From the NCBI GenBank assembly GCA_035637295.1, contig DASPXM010000071.1, positions 3,176 to 67,175 of the forward strand: DNA of 64,000 nucleotides, given 5' to 3'. This document shows, piece by piece, positions 39,230 to 49,535 of the stretch. The stretch's first letter is position 1; each line of letters opens with the position of its first letter. The stretch comes from Verrucomicrobiia bacterium (GTDB lineage: Bacteria; Desulfobacterota; Binatia; UBA9968). Position numbers and translations under genes: made by a program. A model generated the notes under the pieces. That model saw only the letters and a program-made list of their open reading frames with translations, was not told the origin of the DNA and did no database searches.

Positions 39230-40250
39230 GATTCCGAATATTCTGTTGATAAGGAGGATTGATCACTCCCTTCTCCGTAATGATCGCCGAGATCAATTCC
39301 TGCGACGTGACGTCGAACGCTGGATTGAAAACATTGATCCCCTTCGGCGCGACCAGCTTACCAAGGAAATGCGAGACTTCTTTGGGATCGCGCTGCTCGA
39401 TCGGAATATCGTTGCCGGACGGGCAATTCACATCGATGGAAGACGTCGGCCCGGCAACGTAGAAAGGAATGCCATGACGCCGTGCCAGCACTGCCAGAAT
39501 GTAGGTGCCAATCTTATTAGCGACATCGCCGTTCGCGGCCACACGGTCGCAGCCGACGACGACGGCGTCCACTTTACCCTTCTGCATCAAATAACCCGCC
39601 GTGTTGTCGGTGACCAGCGTCGCCATGATTTTTTCTTTCTTGAGCTCCCACGCCGTCAGTCTAGCACCTTGCAGAAACGGCCGCGTTTCGTTCACAAAAA
39701 CTTCAAACACCTTGCCGGATTCCTTGAGCGCCCGCAGCACCCCCAATGCCGTGCCGTAGCCCGCGGTGGCCAACGCGCCGGCATTGCAGTGAGTCATGAT
39801 TCGCTTGGCATTGCGCAAAAGACTCGCGCCATGTTTGCCGAGCTGCTTGTTGGCCGCGATGTCATCAGTATAGATCTTTTGCGCCTCCGCTTTGAGTGCC
39901 CGCTTGACGATTTCCACACCGCGGCTACGGTGTTCCGAGTAGACGTTGCGCATTTTCTGTAAGGCCCAAAACAAGTTCACCGCTGTAGGTCGGGTCTTTC
40001 CCAGAGTCAGAAGAATGCGCTCGAATTCGCGATCAAAAGTCTTGGGCGTTGCCTTCAATGCGCCCAAAGCTACGCCCATCGCCGCCGCCACCCCGATCGC
40101 CGGAGCGCCGCGAATGGTCATGTCCTGGATCGCTTTGGCGACTTGGTTGTAATTGCGGCAAACTCGATACACCTCTTTTTGAGGCAACAGACGCTGATCG
40201 AGCATGATGACTCGATCATCTTTCCACTCGATAGTCTTTACCGCCATCAC
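39216..40250 (-). CDS. mtnA: S-methyl-5-thioribose-1-phosphate isomerase
   Basis: 344 aa. eIF2B/MtnA fold motifs (TIRGAPAIGVAAAMG, HCNAGALAT, VVGCDRVAANGDVANKIGTY). 14-nt overlap with the upstream gene. Confidence 0.8.
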   Translation of the reverse strand: MMAVKTIEWKDDRVIMLDQRLLPQKEVYRVCRNYNQVAKAIQDMTIRGAPAIGVAAAMGVALGALKATPKTFDREFERILLTLGKTRPTAVNLFWALQKMRNVYSEHRSRGVEIVKRALKAEAQKIYTDDIAANKQLGKHGASLLRNAKRIMTHCNAGALATAGYGTALGVLRALKESGKVFEVFVNETRPFLQGARLTAWELKKEKIMATLVTDNTAGYLMQKGKVDAVVVGCDRVAANGDVANKIGTYILAVLARRHGIPFYVAGPTSSIDVNCPSGNDIPIEQRDPKEVSHFLGKLVAPKGINVFNPAFDVTSQELISAIITEKGVINPPYQQNIRNHVSH

Positions 40251-40314
40251 AATGTTCCTAATTTCGCGGAGACCGAGTATATTAACTGTCTAAAGGAAGC
40301 GTCAAGGGCCCCTC

Positions 40315-40557
40315 GTGGATTTCTCCCAATTGATTGGATACTTTTCTGGACTCCTTTTTATCAAACCTGAAATGGACCCGGATTCGATATGGCGAACCGC
40401 TGCATTGGTGCATTTGCTCGACGCCATTCTATGCTGGGTAATAGCCAACTATAGCGGTCGGAACAAAACGATATGGACAATTGCCGGCGCCGTGTGTGGC
40501 ATTTGGGCATTGGGAGCTTTGTTCTTGCTGCCGGACAAAAAACGTCAACGCAATTGA
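40315..40557 (+). CDS. small membrane protein, PLD-nuclease N-terminal domain-like (PF13396-like)
   Basis: GRNKTIWTIAGAVCGIWALGALFLLPDKK matches the nKliWllvillpP.lG..lYl..gr pattern. GTG start at 40315 or ATG at 40372. Confidence 0.4.
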   Translation: MDFSQLIGYFSGLLFIKPEMDPDSIWRTAALVHLLDAILCWVIANYSGRNKTIWTIAGAVCGIWALGALFLLPDKKRQRN

Positions 40558-40802
40558 ATCGTCACGCCTAAGTCTCAAATCTCGCGCAAAGGCACAAGGG
40601 AGCCAAGGGATAAACAAGCAAATTCGAAGCACGAAAACCTGTCCTGAGCGATGTCGAAGGATCCGAAGCTCGAAACAATATCAAATGACAAAACACCCAA
40701 TGTTCCAAACAAACTCGATTCGAACTTGGGTTTCGCGCCTTATATTGAATTTTGAAATTGTTTCGGATTTTCGATATCCGAATTTCGAATTTAGGAAACA
40801 AG

Positions 40803-41192
40803 CTATTCATCCTGCGCGATGACGTAAGCCAGTCCGTGTTGTTTCGTATGCGTGATCGACAGCGCCCAGCGGCGAATTCCCAGCCGATCGGCAAGCCTGG
40901 CGGTATTATTGTGTAAGGCGATTTCGGGTTTACCGCTGCGCGCGCGCACGACTTCGATGTCGAGCCAGCGCACCTTCGCGCCCCAGCCGCGTCCGAGTGC
41001 TTTCATCACCGCTTCTTTGGCCGCGAACCGGCCCGCGTAGCTTTCGTACTTGCCGCGCCGCTTCTTTTCGCAGTAGGCAATTTCTTTCTCGGTGAAGACC
41101 CGGTCGCGGAAGCGCCGGCCGATGCGCGGGTCTTCCAGCGCGGCCTGAATGCGGTCCACTTCAGCCAAATCGACACCGGTGCCAACGATCAT
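40803..41192 (-). CDS. acpS: holo-[acyl-carrier-protein] synthase
   Basis: MIVGTGVDLAEVDRI ... EAVMKALG AcpS motifs. Internal ATG chosen over the N-extended track ORF. Coordinates are approximate to within 1 nt. Confidence 0.8.
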   Translation of the reverse strand: MIVGTGVDLAEVDRIQAALEDPRIGRRFRDRVFTEKEIAYCEKKRRGKYESYAGRFAAKEAVMKALGRGWGAKVRWLDIEVVRARSGKPEIALHNNTARLADRLGIRRWALSITHTKQHGLAYVIAQDE

Positions 41193-41527
41193 AACGGAGC
41201 CTCCCGACCCGCCGTCCGCGTGCCGTGCGACTCTCCCCATCGACACATCACATCGACCACGGGCTTTAAACTTCGTCCCATGGCAGTGAGGGAATATTCG
41301 ACCTTGGGCGGCACTTGCGCGTAAACTTTCCTTTCCACTAGACCGTTTCGTTCCATTTCCCTGAGCTGTTGCGTCAACATCTTCTGGGTCACTCCCGGTA
41401 ACATGCGGGCCAGCTCCGAGAAGCGCTTGGCTCCAGGCAATAAATGAAAAATCAGCGGGATCTTCCAGCGGCCGCCGATCATAGCAAGCGTGAATTCAGC
41501 TGGACAATTCGTCTCCTTGGCTTTCAT
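41189..41527 (-). CDS. HxlR-family transcriptional regulator
   Basis: 112 aa. CPAEFTLAMIGGRWKIPLIFHLL ... RFSELARMLPGVTQKMLTQQLREMERNGLV winged-helix HxlR signature. Confidence 0.75.
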   Translation of the reverse strand: MKAKETNCPAEFTLAMIGGRWKIPLIFHLLPGAKRFSELARMLPGVTQKMLTQQLREMERNGLVERKVYAQVPPKVEYSLTAMGRSLKPVVDVMCRWGESHGTRTAGREAPL

Positions 41528-41629
41528 GTGGCGCTCCTGAAGTTACTGCGAGGGTACTATAGCACCGCCAAGTGCGTACTTAACAGATAGTCCCGGGATG
41601 ATTAAATTGATGCGCCAAAGGGATTTCAC

Positions 41630-42676
41630 ATGAAATTTTCGCTTGTCGAGAAAATCCAAAACGATGACGGCGGCAATGGCGCCGCCCCTATGGCTTCACC
41701 ACAGATCGAGCACGATGCGGCATTGCTAGACGCTTATTCGCGCGCGGTCGTTGAAACCGCGGAACGAATCAGCCCTTCCGTCGTGTTCATCGAAGCGATC
41801 AAAACGTTTCTCCAGCCCGGGGGCGCACCGGCGCGTGGCCGGCGCGAAGCCAGGGGCAGCGGCTCGGGTTTTGTTTTTACTCCCGACGGCTTTGTCCTGA
41901 CCAACAGCCACGTGGTCCACGGCGCCGACAAGATCGCCGTCACCCTCAGCGACGGGCGTCGATTCGATGCGACGATCGTCGGCGACGACCCCGGCACCGA
42001 TGTTGCGGTCATCCGCATCTCCTCCGGCAGGCTGGTCGCCGCGCCCCTCGGGGATTCCGAAAAGATTCGGGTCGGCCAGCTCGCGATCGCGATCGGCAAT
42101 CCTTTCGGTTTCCAGTACAGCGTCACCGCCGGTGTGGTCAGCGCGTTGGGCCGCTCGCTCCGTTCCGAGTCAGGGCGGCTGATTGACAATGTCATTCAGA
42201 CCGACGCGGCGCTCAATCCGGGGAATTCCGGCGGGCCACTGGCCAACTCGCTCGGCGAGGTCATCGGCGTCAATACCGCGGTCATTTTGCCGGCGCAGGG
42301 AATTTGTTTTGCAGTGGCCATCAACACCGCAAAATTCGTCGCCGGCCAGCTGATCAAAAACGGGAAAATTCGCCGTGCCTACCTCGGGATGGGCGGACAA
42401 AACGTCACGATCCCGCGCTTCGTCGTGCGCTCTCAACAGCTCAAGGCGGAAACCGGCGTGTTGGTCATCTCCATGGAAAAACCAAGCCCCGCCGAGCGGG
42501 CCGGTCTTCAGGAAGGCGACGTCGTCGTTGCCCTCGACGATGCAGCGGTGCGAAGCGTCGATGATTTACACAAGCTTCTGACCGATGCGCGCATCGGCGC
42601 GCACTGCGAGCTTACCCTGTTGCGCCGCTCGCAAAAAATTTCTCTGGCGGTGGTAGCTCAAGAGGCGGTCGTCTGA
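41630..42676 (+). CDS. S1C (HtrA/DegP-like) trypsin-type serine protease with C-terminal PDZ domain, no signal peptide
   Basis: LTNSHVV (His), DVAVIRI (Asp), GNSGGPL (Ser) catalytic triad blocks. PDZ-like tail (GVLVISMEKPSPAERAGLQEGDVVVALD). Confidence 0.75.
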   Translation: MKFSLVEKIQNDDGGNGAAPMASPQIEHDAALLDAYSRAVVETAERISPSVVFIEAIKTFLQPGGAPARGRREARGSGSGFVFTPDGFVLTNSHVVHGADKIAVTLSDGRRFDATIVGDDPGTDVAVIRISSGRLVAAPLGDSEKIRVGQLAIAIGNPFGFQYSVTAGVVSALGRSLRSESGRLIDNVIQTDAALNPGNSGGPLANSLGEVIGVNTAVILPAQGICFAVAINTAKFVAGQLIKNGKIRRAYLGMGGQNVTIPRFVVRSQQLKAETGVLVISMEKPSPAERAGLQEGDVVVALDDAAVRSVDDLHKLLTDARIGAHCELTLLRRSQKISLAVVAQEAVV

Positions 42677-42686
42677 TTTAATTGCC

Positions 42687-42968
42687 ATGGCGACCATGAT
42701 GGCGGAGCTACGCCGGATGGCCAAAGACGCCGGACGAGATGCTCAAGCACTCGAAGTCGTCGTCGGCGCTAACATTTCACTCAGATCAGCACCGCTCGGC
42801 GCTGATCGCGCGATCTTCACTGGCTCATTCGATCAAGTCCAAAGCGATATCGACGAAGTGAAAAAACTCGGCGCCAGCGAAATTTTTTCATGATTTTCCC
42901 GAAGGCTCGATTGAGGACTTAATCGCGGCGATGGAGCGTTCCGTAAGTTTGCGTGAGGAAATTCCGTG
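42687..42968 (+). pseudogene. C-terminal remnant of an LLM-class oxidoreductase gene (truncated and frameshifted)
   Basis: 68-aa ORF (...AGRDAQALEVVVGANI...IFTGSFDQVQSDIDEVKKLGASEIF) continues in the +1 frame as FPEGSIEDLIAAMERSVSLREEIP*. That is the characteristic LLM C-terminus. The N-terminal ~230 aa are absent; the protease gene ends 10 nt upstream. Shift is at the T6 run 42884-42889. Confidence 0.4.
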
Positions 42969-43180
42969 AAACTTTAGTGCCGTTTCCGGTCAGCTCTGCC
43001 TGCTCCTATCTCGATTCACGTCATAGCGTGTATCCTTCAGGGTTCGACAAATAATTTTTTCTTCGTCCGTTCACCCTGAGCCTAGCGAAACAATCAATCA
43101 AATCAAACAAGGTAATCGGTAGCGCGTTCTATTACGATTTGTTATCGTGAGCCCATTCCAGCCAAAGGAGACAATTCGCC

Positions 43181-44365
43181 GTGCTAAAACGATTGTCATT
43201 AGCTTTGTTATTGGCACTGCTTGCCGCCGCGCCGGCGACCGCCTGGGCACAGAAGGGTAAGATCAAGATTGCCGTGCAGGCGCCGCTCTCCGGCGAGCAG
43301 GCTGCCCTCGGCGAGCACATCAAACTCGGCGCGCAACTCGCGGTGGAAGAAGCGAGCAAGGCCTTCAAGGATCTTGGCTACGAGCTGGTCTTGGTGCCGC
43401 AAGACGACCAGGCCAAGCCGGAGGTCGGCGTCGCCAACGCGAGGAACATGGTCGCCGATCCCGACGTTCTCGTTATCGTCGGCCACTTCAACTCCGGCGT
43501 CGCCCTCCCTTCCTCCGAAGTTTACAAAGACGCCATGCTGGTGATGATCTCGCCGGCGAACACGGCGACGGAAATCACCGACCGGGGCTACCCGAACGTC
43601 AATCGCGTTTGCGGCCGAGACGACGTGCAAGGTCCCGTCGGCGCTCGCTTCGCGGCACAGGAGCTCAAGCTCAAGTCGGTCTATATCATTCACGACAAGA
43701 CACTCTACGGCCAGGGCGTGGCGGAAACCTTTCGCATTGAAGCGAAGAAGCTCGGTATGAATGTTTTGGGCTTTGAAGGCACCGAAGAGCGCGCCAACTT
43801 CTCGCCGATGATCAACCCGCTCAAAGCCAAGAATCCTGACCTCGTGTATTTCGGCGGCATTTACCACCAAGGCGGTCTTTTGCTTAAGCAACTCCGTGAA
43901 AAAGGCGTCAAGGCCAAGTTCATGGGACCGGACGGTTTAGATTCGGCCGAGATGGCGAAAATCGCCGGGACGTCGGTTATAGGGAGTTACTATACCAGTG
44001 TGGCGGGGCCGCCCGATGCCTACCCTGAAACCGCCGCCTTTGCCAAGAAATACAAGCAGCGTTTCGGCAAAGAGACCGAATCATTCGGCCTCTACGGCTA
44101 CGATGCGACACTGGTCGGAATCAAGGCGATGGAACAGTGGATCAAAGCGAATGGCGGCAAAAAGCCCAACCGCACCGACGTCGCCACCGCGGTGCGCAAG
44201 ATCAAAAACTTTAAAGGGGTAACGGGTTCGATCGAGTTCGACAATAAAGGCGACCCAATCAAAGCTAAATACTTCGTCTTGCAGTTCGAGAAACAAGCTT
44301 ATCCCGGCAAAGTGGTCAAAGTCATCGAGCAGCAAGCGCCGCCGGCGCCAGTCAAGAAGTCCTGA
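43181..44365 (+). CDS. branched-chain amino acid (LivJ/LivK-type, PBP1) ABC substrate-binding protein
   Basis: GTG start 10 nt after AAAGGAG. Signal peptide MLKRLSLALLLALLAAAPATAWA. IKIAVQAPLSGEQAALGEH is typical of the Leu/Ile/Val-binding family. Confidence 0.75.
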   Translation: MLKRLSLALLLALLAAAPATAWAQKGKIKIAVQAPLSGEQAALGEHIKLGAQLAVEEASKAFKDLGYELVLVPQDDQAKPEVGVANARNMVADPDVLVIVGHFNSGVALPSSEVYKDAMLVMISPANTATEITDRGYPNVNRVCGRDDVQGPVGARFAAQELKLKSVYIIHDKTLYGQGVAETFRIEAKKLGMNVLGFEGTEERANFSPMINPLKAKNPDLVYFGGIYHQGGLLLKQLREKGVKAKFMGPDGLDSAEMAKIAGTSVIGSYYTSVAGPPDAYPETAAFAKKYKQRFGKETESFGLYGYDATLVGIKAMEQWIKANGGKKPNRTDVATAVRKIKNFKGVTGSIEFDNKGDPIKAKYFVLQFEKQAYPGKVVKVIEQQAPPAPVKKS

Positions 44366-44482
44366 GCCGCCGGGTCCGCGACTTAATAGTTTAACTCCGA
44401 GAATGGAAGATGGAGGATTGAAGATCGATTCTCTATCTTCGATTCTGCATCTTCGACCTCCACTTACATCCCAAGCAGACCG

Positions 44483-45577
44483 ATGAGAAAAAAACTACGC
44501 GTCGCGTTACTCTTCGGCGGCAAATCCGCCGAACATGAGATTTCCCTCATATCGGCAAGAAACATCTACGAGGCGATGGACAAAAAAAAGTATGATGTCG
44601 TCGCCATTGGCATCGATAAACAAGGGCGATGGTTCACCGACGCTAGAGCGCGCTTGCTGAGCGCTGTGGCGCAGTCCGAGGTCGAATGCCGCGACATGAA
44701 GAATGCCACCGCCGTGCTGCCGGGACAAACCCGCACTCCAATGGTCCGGCCATCGGCGGGCGCGTCACTCGGGCCGGTGGACCTGGTCTTTCCAGTGCTC
44801 CATGGACCGTTTGGCGAAGACGGCACGATTCAAGGCTTGCTCAAGCTCGCCAATGTCCCTTTCGTCGGGGCGGGTGTGTTGGGATCCGCGGTGGGCATGG
44901 ATAAGGACGTGATGAAACGGCTGCTGCGCGATGCCCGGATTCCCATCGCAAAGTTCCTGGCCTTTCAACGCGCCGATATGAATACGGTCAGTTTTGCGAA
45001 GGTAAAGAAAGCCCTCGGCCTGCCGCTATTCGTCAAGCCGGCAAATCTCGGCTCTTCGGTTGGCATTACAAAGGTCACCCACAGAGACAATTTTAGGCGC
45101 GCGATCGAAGACGCCTTTCGCTACGACAACAAGATTGTGATCGAGGGATTCGTTCCGGGCCGCGAAATCGAGTGCGCCGTTCTTGGCAACGAGAAACCGA
45201 TCGCCTCACTGCCGGGCGAAATCATCGTGCAACATGACTTCTATTCTTACGACGCCAAATACATCGACGATAAAGGCGCGCGTTTCGAAATTCCCGCGCG
45301 GCTGCCGAAGGCCGTAGTGAAAAAAATCCGCGCGCTCGCCTTGCGGTCTTACCGAGTGCTGTGCTGCGAGGGAATGGCTCGGGTTGATTTTTTCCTGCGC
45401 GCCAACGGGCGGCTCGTAGTCAATGAGATTAACACCATTCCCGGATTCACCAAGATCAGCATGTACCCGAAGATGTGGCAGGCGAGCGGCATTAGCTATT
45501 CCCGGCTGATCGACCGGCTGATCAAGCTGGCGCTCGACAGAGCACGCCAGGAGAAGCGCTTAAGAACTTCTAAATAG
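44483..45577 (+). CDS. ddl: D-alanine--D-alanine ligase
   Basis: 364 aa. LRVALLFGGKSAEHEISLISA N-terminus. ATP-grasp motifs (FVKPANLGSSVGI, EIECAVLGN, GMARVDFF). Confidence 0.85.
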   Translation: MRKKLRVALLFGGKSAEHEISLISARNIYEAMDKKKYDVVAIGIDKQGRWFTDARARLLSAVAQSEVECRDMKNATAVLPGQTRTPMVRPSAGASLGPVDLVFPVLHGPFGEDGTIQGLLKLANVPFVGAGVLGSAVGMDKDVMKRLLRDARIPIAKFLAFQRADMNTVSFAKVKKALGLPLFVKPANLGSSVGITKVTHRDNFRRAIEDAFRYDNKIVIEGFVPGREIECAVLGNEKPIASLPGEIIVQHDFYSYDAKYIDDKGARFEIPARLPKAVVKKIRALALRSYRVLCCEGMARVDFFLRANGRLVVNEINTIPGFTKISMYPKMWQASGISYSRLIDRLIKLALDRARQEKRLRTSK

Positions 45578-45637
45578 CGCCGATCAGTTTAGTTGGAGCC
45601 GCTGGATTCTCGAACCGCCGGCGGATAATCGGCAGCT

Positions 45638-45919
45638 ATGTCGCTTAAACCGCTAACCTACGAAGACTCGCTCTACCAACTGTTGCGCGACGGCCAAATC
45701 AAAGAGTTCAATCAGCGCAAATCCCAGGGCGAGCCATGCCAGCTGACATCCCGCGACTTTCGCCATCTTGACCTACGCGGTCTCGATGCCATCGGAATCG
45801 ACTTTAGCAACTGTTATTCCCGCGCCGCCGATTTGCGCGGCATCGATTTCTCAAACGCTCGCCTTGAAGGCGCGAGCATCAACGGAGCGCGGATCTCCGG
45901 CGCCTTTTTTCCTGCCTAG
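45638..45919 (+). CDS. pentapeptide-repeat protein
   Basis: 93 aa with consecutive A(D/N)LxG-type pentapeptide units (RDFRHLDLRGLDAIGIDFSNCYSRAADLRGIDFSNARLEGASINGARISGA). Confidence 0.6.
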   Translation: MSLKPLTYEDSLYQLLRDGQIKEFNQRKSQGEPCQLTSRDFRHLDLRGLDAIGIDFSNCYSRAADLRGIDFSNARLEGASINGARISGAFFPA

Positions 45920-46035
45920 CTGAGCGCGACGAAATCATGCTCTCAGTCAATCACGGCACACGCATGCGTTACAAAAAGTAGCGGTCGATCATGGTCGCCT
46001 TGCGACTATCGCGAGCTTGTGTCAACAAACACCAG

Positions 46036-46049
46036 GTGCGCAAGCGCAC
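46036..46049 (-). terminator. possible weak intrinsic terminator hairpin downstream of ftsZ
   Basis: Perfect palindrome GTGCGCAAGCGCAC about 145 nt after the ftsZ stop. On the minus strand it is followed by CUGGUGUUUGUUG. The stem is short and the U-tract interrupted. Confidence 0.2.
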
Positions 46050-46192
46050 CCTACGAAAACATCACCAGGCGTCCAGGTCGTGCTAATGTTCCAAAAATCC
46101 GCGACATCATTCTCCCGTTATTCCGCCCAAAAATCTCCCCTTCCCCTCTTTTCCAATTGGGGTTAGAGTCCTGGCGCGAAACTTCCCCCACA

Positions 46193-47407
46193 CTAGTCCA
46201 TCTGCCGTCGCAGGAAAGTCGGGATATCGTATTTATCGTCGTCGTCCTGATTTGCTGTGAACTCGAAGTTGCTCTTGGCCAAAGTCACCGTTTCGGTCTC
46301 GTCGCTGCCGCTCTTCTTGCGTTGCCAGGTCGGCGAGTCGAGATCGTCGACGATGGTGCCCAGGTGAACGACTTTCTTGTTCTTGGGCGCGGCGCTCGTG
46401 ATGCTGGCGAGATTTGTTACCGGCTGAGGCGCCGGCTTCTTCTCCTCTCTCACCTCACCGAAGCCGGTGGCGATCACCGTGATGCGAATCTCGTCGGTCA
46501 GGCTTTCATCGATCACCGCGCCGAAGATGATGTTGGCATCGTCGTGTGCTTCCTCTTGAATCATCGACGCCGCCTCGTTGACCTCGTGCAGACAGAGATC
46601 GGGTCCGCCGGTAATATTGATCAGCACGCCGCGCGCGCCCTGAATCGAGATATCCTCGAGCAGCGGACTCGAGATCGCCCTTTGTGCCGCTTCGATGGCG
46701 CGGTTTTCGCCAGTGGCGGCCGCGGCGCCCATCAATGCCAAGCCCATCTCGGCCATGACGGTGCGCACGTCGGCAAAATCGAGATTGATCAGACCCGGCG
46801 TGATAATGAGATCGGAAATGCCCCGCACGGCTTGCAGCAGCACGTCGTCCGCCTTGTGAAACGCTTCCAACATCGTGGTGGTCTTTGCGGCAATGCTTAA
46901 CAGCCGCTGGTTCGGTATCACGATCAACGTATCGACGCTCTGTTTCAACTCTTCGATGCCTTCTTCGGCTTGGCGCATGCGCTTTTTGCCCTCGAAGATA
47001 AAGGGCTTCGTCACCACGCCGACGGTCAGCGCGCCCACGTCGCGGGCCACTCGAGCGATGACCGGCGCGCCGCCCGTGCCTGTGCCACCACCCATGCCGG
47101 CGGTGAGAAAGATCATATCGGAGCCTTCAAGATACTCCCTGATCTGTTCTTGATCTTCCAAAGCGGCGCGACGGCCGATTTCCGGGTTGGCGCCGGCGCC
47201 CAATCCCTTGGTGACCATGCTGCCAAGTTGAATCCGCAGCGGCGCCTGGCTCGCTTCCAAAGACTGTGCATCGGTATTCGCTACCATGAAATCGACACCC
47301 GAAAGTTTCCCGCCAATCATGGTATTGACTGCATTACCGCCGCCGCCGCCGATGCCAATGACCTTGATCCGCGCGGTCATGCCATGTTGCTCGACAATCT
47401 CAAACAT
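46193..47407 (-). CDS. ftsZ: cell division protein FtsZ
   Basis: [11 protein letters not shown] tubulin signature. NTDAQSL. C-terminal DIPTFLRRQ tail. Confidence 0.95.
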   Translation of the reverse strand: MFEIVEQHGMTARIKVIGIGGGGGNAVNTMIGGKLSGVDFMVANTDAQSLEASQAPLRIQLGSMVTKGLGAGANPEIGRRAALEDQEQIREYLEGSDMIFLTAGMGGGTGTGGAPVIARVARDVGALTVGVVTKPFIFEGKKRMRQAEEGIEELKQSVDTLIVIPNQRLLSIAAKTTTMLEAFHKADDVLLQAVRGISDLIITPGLINLDFADVRTVMAEMGLALMGAAAATGENRAIEAAQRAISSPLLEDISIQGARGVLINITGGPDLCLHEVNEAASMIQEEAHDDANIIFGAVIDESLTDEIRITVIATGFGEVREEKKPAPQPVTNLASITSAAPKNKKVVHLGTIVDDLDSPTWQRKKSGSDETETVTLAKSNFEFTANQDDDDKYDIPTFLRRQMD

Positions 47408-47451
47408 AAGCTTTCCTCCTCCGAAAAAAGTTGTTAGGTTTTATTTTCTGA

Positions 47452-48678
47452 CTAAAAGAATTCGCTCAGCCAATCCGACATTCGATGTTTCACTTTCGAT
47501 AGAATTTTATCGTCGCGGACGCGGAAGATGCTGCGCTCCTGACGCTTCATGCCGTGCAAGACCAAACCCACGCCCGCCGCATAGACCGGGTTATCGATGA
47601 TATCGACCAAGCCGCCGACGTGAACCGGAACGCCAAGCCTTACCGGCAGGCCCAGGCAGCGCTCAGCCATTTCGACAGCGCCGGGCAGCAGCATCGATCC
47701 GCCCGTCACCACGATTCCCGATGCTAACGCGCCGTCCAAGCCCGATTTGACGATCTCTTTTTGCACCAACTCGAAAATTTCATCGAGACGAGGCTCGATG
47801 ATTTCACAGAGGATCTGCCGCGAGATGGTACCGGCGCCTTTGCCCGCCACGCTCGGAACATCGACTCTCTCGGCGTCGGACACCATTGCCGCCGTGGCGT
47901 AACCATGGCGCTGCTTGATACGCTCGGCGTCGTTGAACGGCGTGCGTAGTCCGGCGGCGATATCGTTGGTCACGTGGTTGCCGCCGATACTAAGGACGGC
48001 CGTGTGTTTCAGCGTGCCGTCGTGATAGATGGCGATATCGGTTGTGCCGCCGCCCATATCGACTAAGACGACACCCAGCTCACGCTGCTCGTCGGTGAGC
48101 ACGGCTTCGGCCGCCGCCAATGGCGCCAGCACGACCTCGGCGACGTTGAGACCGGTGCGATTGCAACACTTGATGATATTTTGCGCCGAAGTCACCGCGC
48201 CGGTGACAATGTGAACTTTCGCTTCGAGCCGGACGCCGGACATGCCGAGCGGATCTTTGATCCCATCCTGGTCGTCAACGATATAATCCTGCGGCAGGAC
48301 GTGCAGCACCTCGCGGTCCATCGGAATCGCCACGGCCTTGGCGGCATCGATGACCCGCTCCAAATCGCGCTGCGTCACTTCTTTGTTCTTCACCGCGACA
48401 ATACCGTGGCTATTAAACGCTTTGACGTGGCCGCCCGAGATGCTTGTGAATACGGTGTGAACCTCACAGCCGGCCATGAGTCCCGCTTCTTCGATGGCTC
48501 TCCGGACCGAGCTCACCGTGGCTTCGATATTAATCACCACGCCCTTGCGCAATCCCTGAGACGGGTGCGATCCTACGCCGATGATTTCCACGCCTTGATC
48601 GGTCATTTCTCCGATCAGGGCGCAAATCTTGGTTGTTCCGATATCTAATCCGACGACGATGCTGTGTTTCTTTGCCAT
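47452..48678 (-). CDS. ftsA: cell division protein FtsA
   Basis: 408 aa actin-like ATPase (VGLDIGTTKICALIGE, DMGGGTTDIAIY). Confidence 0.9.
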   Translation of the reverse strand: MAKKHSIVVGLDIGTTKICALIGEMTDQGVEIIGVGSHPSQGLRKGVVINIEATVSSVRRAIEEAGLMAGCEVHTVFTSISGGHVKAFNSHGIVAVKNKEVTQRDLERVIDAAKAVAIPMDREVLHVLPQDYIVDDQDGIKDPLGMSGVRLEAKVHIVTGAVTSAQNIIKCCNRTGLNVAEVVLAPLAAAEAVLTDEQRELGVVLVDMGGGTTDIAIYHDGTLKHTAVLSIGGNHVTNDIAAGLRTPFNDAERIKQRHGYATAAMVSDAERVDVPSVAGKGAGTISRQILCEIIEPRLDEIFELVQKEIVKSGLDGALASGIVVTGGSMLLPGAVEMAERCLGLPVRLGVPVHVGGLVDIIDNPVYAAGVGLVLHGMKRQERSIFRVRDDKILSKVKHRMSDWLSEFF

Positions 48679-48709
48679 AGTTTTCTAACGTGAGTCACTC
48701 GATTGGCGA

Positions 48710-49525
48710 TCACTGCGAGACGCGGCGTAGCCGGGCAACCACTTGATCGCGAAAGCTCATATCTAATGACGTCAGGCGTTCTTCATGACCCTTCCACAGC
48801 GCTAACAGGCGTTCCATGCGGTCCAATTTCTCGTCCCATTCTCCCCAACCCATGTGCAGCGCGACGGGATATGTCGTCGTATAAACCACCAAGCGATCGG
48901 GCGCATCGAAATGAATTTCCGAAAGCGAATGCGAGCGCTGCGCCATCATCTCGGCAAGACGCATGGCGTCCTGAATGCGCCGGCGCACGGCTGGATTGGC
49001 CGTCATGATATCTTCGGCGCGCAGGCCGGTGAGCAGCGGAAATTTGACGTTTTCGCCGGCAGCGACTTCCTTAAAAACCGTGCCGTCCGAGTCGACATAG
49101 TAAAGCTTACGGATAGCGACAATCGCCCTTGGCGTGCGCTCCTCAACGTCGATGATGATACGGCCGGGAAACTCCCGGCGCACTAAAACGCGGCGCACCC
49201 AAGGATGTTTCGCGATTTTTTTTTCGATGCCGGCGAGCTCGATCTTCCAGATGCTCATTCCCTGGCGCAACCCGGCGATGGTGACGATCTCGTTGCCACT
49301 GACTTTGTCGCCGCCACGCACCTGAATCTCGCGCACTGAAAAATATGGATTTTCCACGACGAAATCGCGCAGCGAATCCGCCGCCGCCAAGAGCGGGCCG
49401 CTGAGACGATAGCCCGCTGCGGCTAAAATCAAGAGGCCAACGAACCCGCCATAACGCAGGGCGCTACGACGCCAGGGCCGTTCAGCCTTTTTCCGATTAT
49501 CTTTGCGATAGACTTTTAGCTGCAT
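48710..49525 (-). CDS. ftsQ: cell division protein FtsQ (POTRA domain)
   Basis: Single TM (GGFVGLLILAAAGY) then a POTRA block (FSVREIQVRGGDKVSGNEI). ATG at 49525, 10 nt after the murB stop. A GTG at 49555 is the alternative. Confidence 0.7.
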   Translation of the reverse strand: MQLKVYRKDNRKKAERPWRRSALRYGGFVGLLILAAAGYRLSGPLLAAADSLRDFVVENPYFSVREIQVRGGDKVSGNEIVTIAGLRQGMSIWKIELAGIEKKIAKHPWVRRVLVRREFPGRIIIDVEERTPRAIVAIRKLYYVDSDGTVFKEVAAGENVKFPLLTGLRAEDIMTANPAVRRRIQDAMRLAEMMAQRSHSLSEIHFDAPDRLVVYTTTYPVALHMGWGEWDEKLDRMERLLALWKGHEERLTSLDMSFRDQVVARLRRVSQ

Positions 49526-49535
49526 CGCTTCCGGC

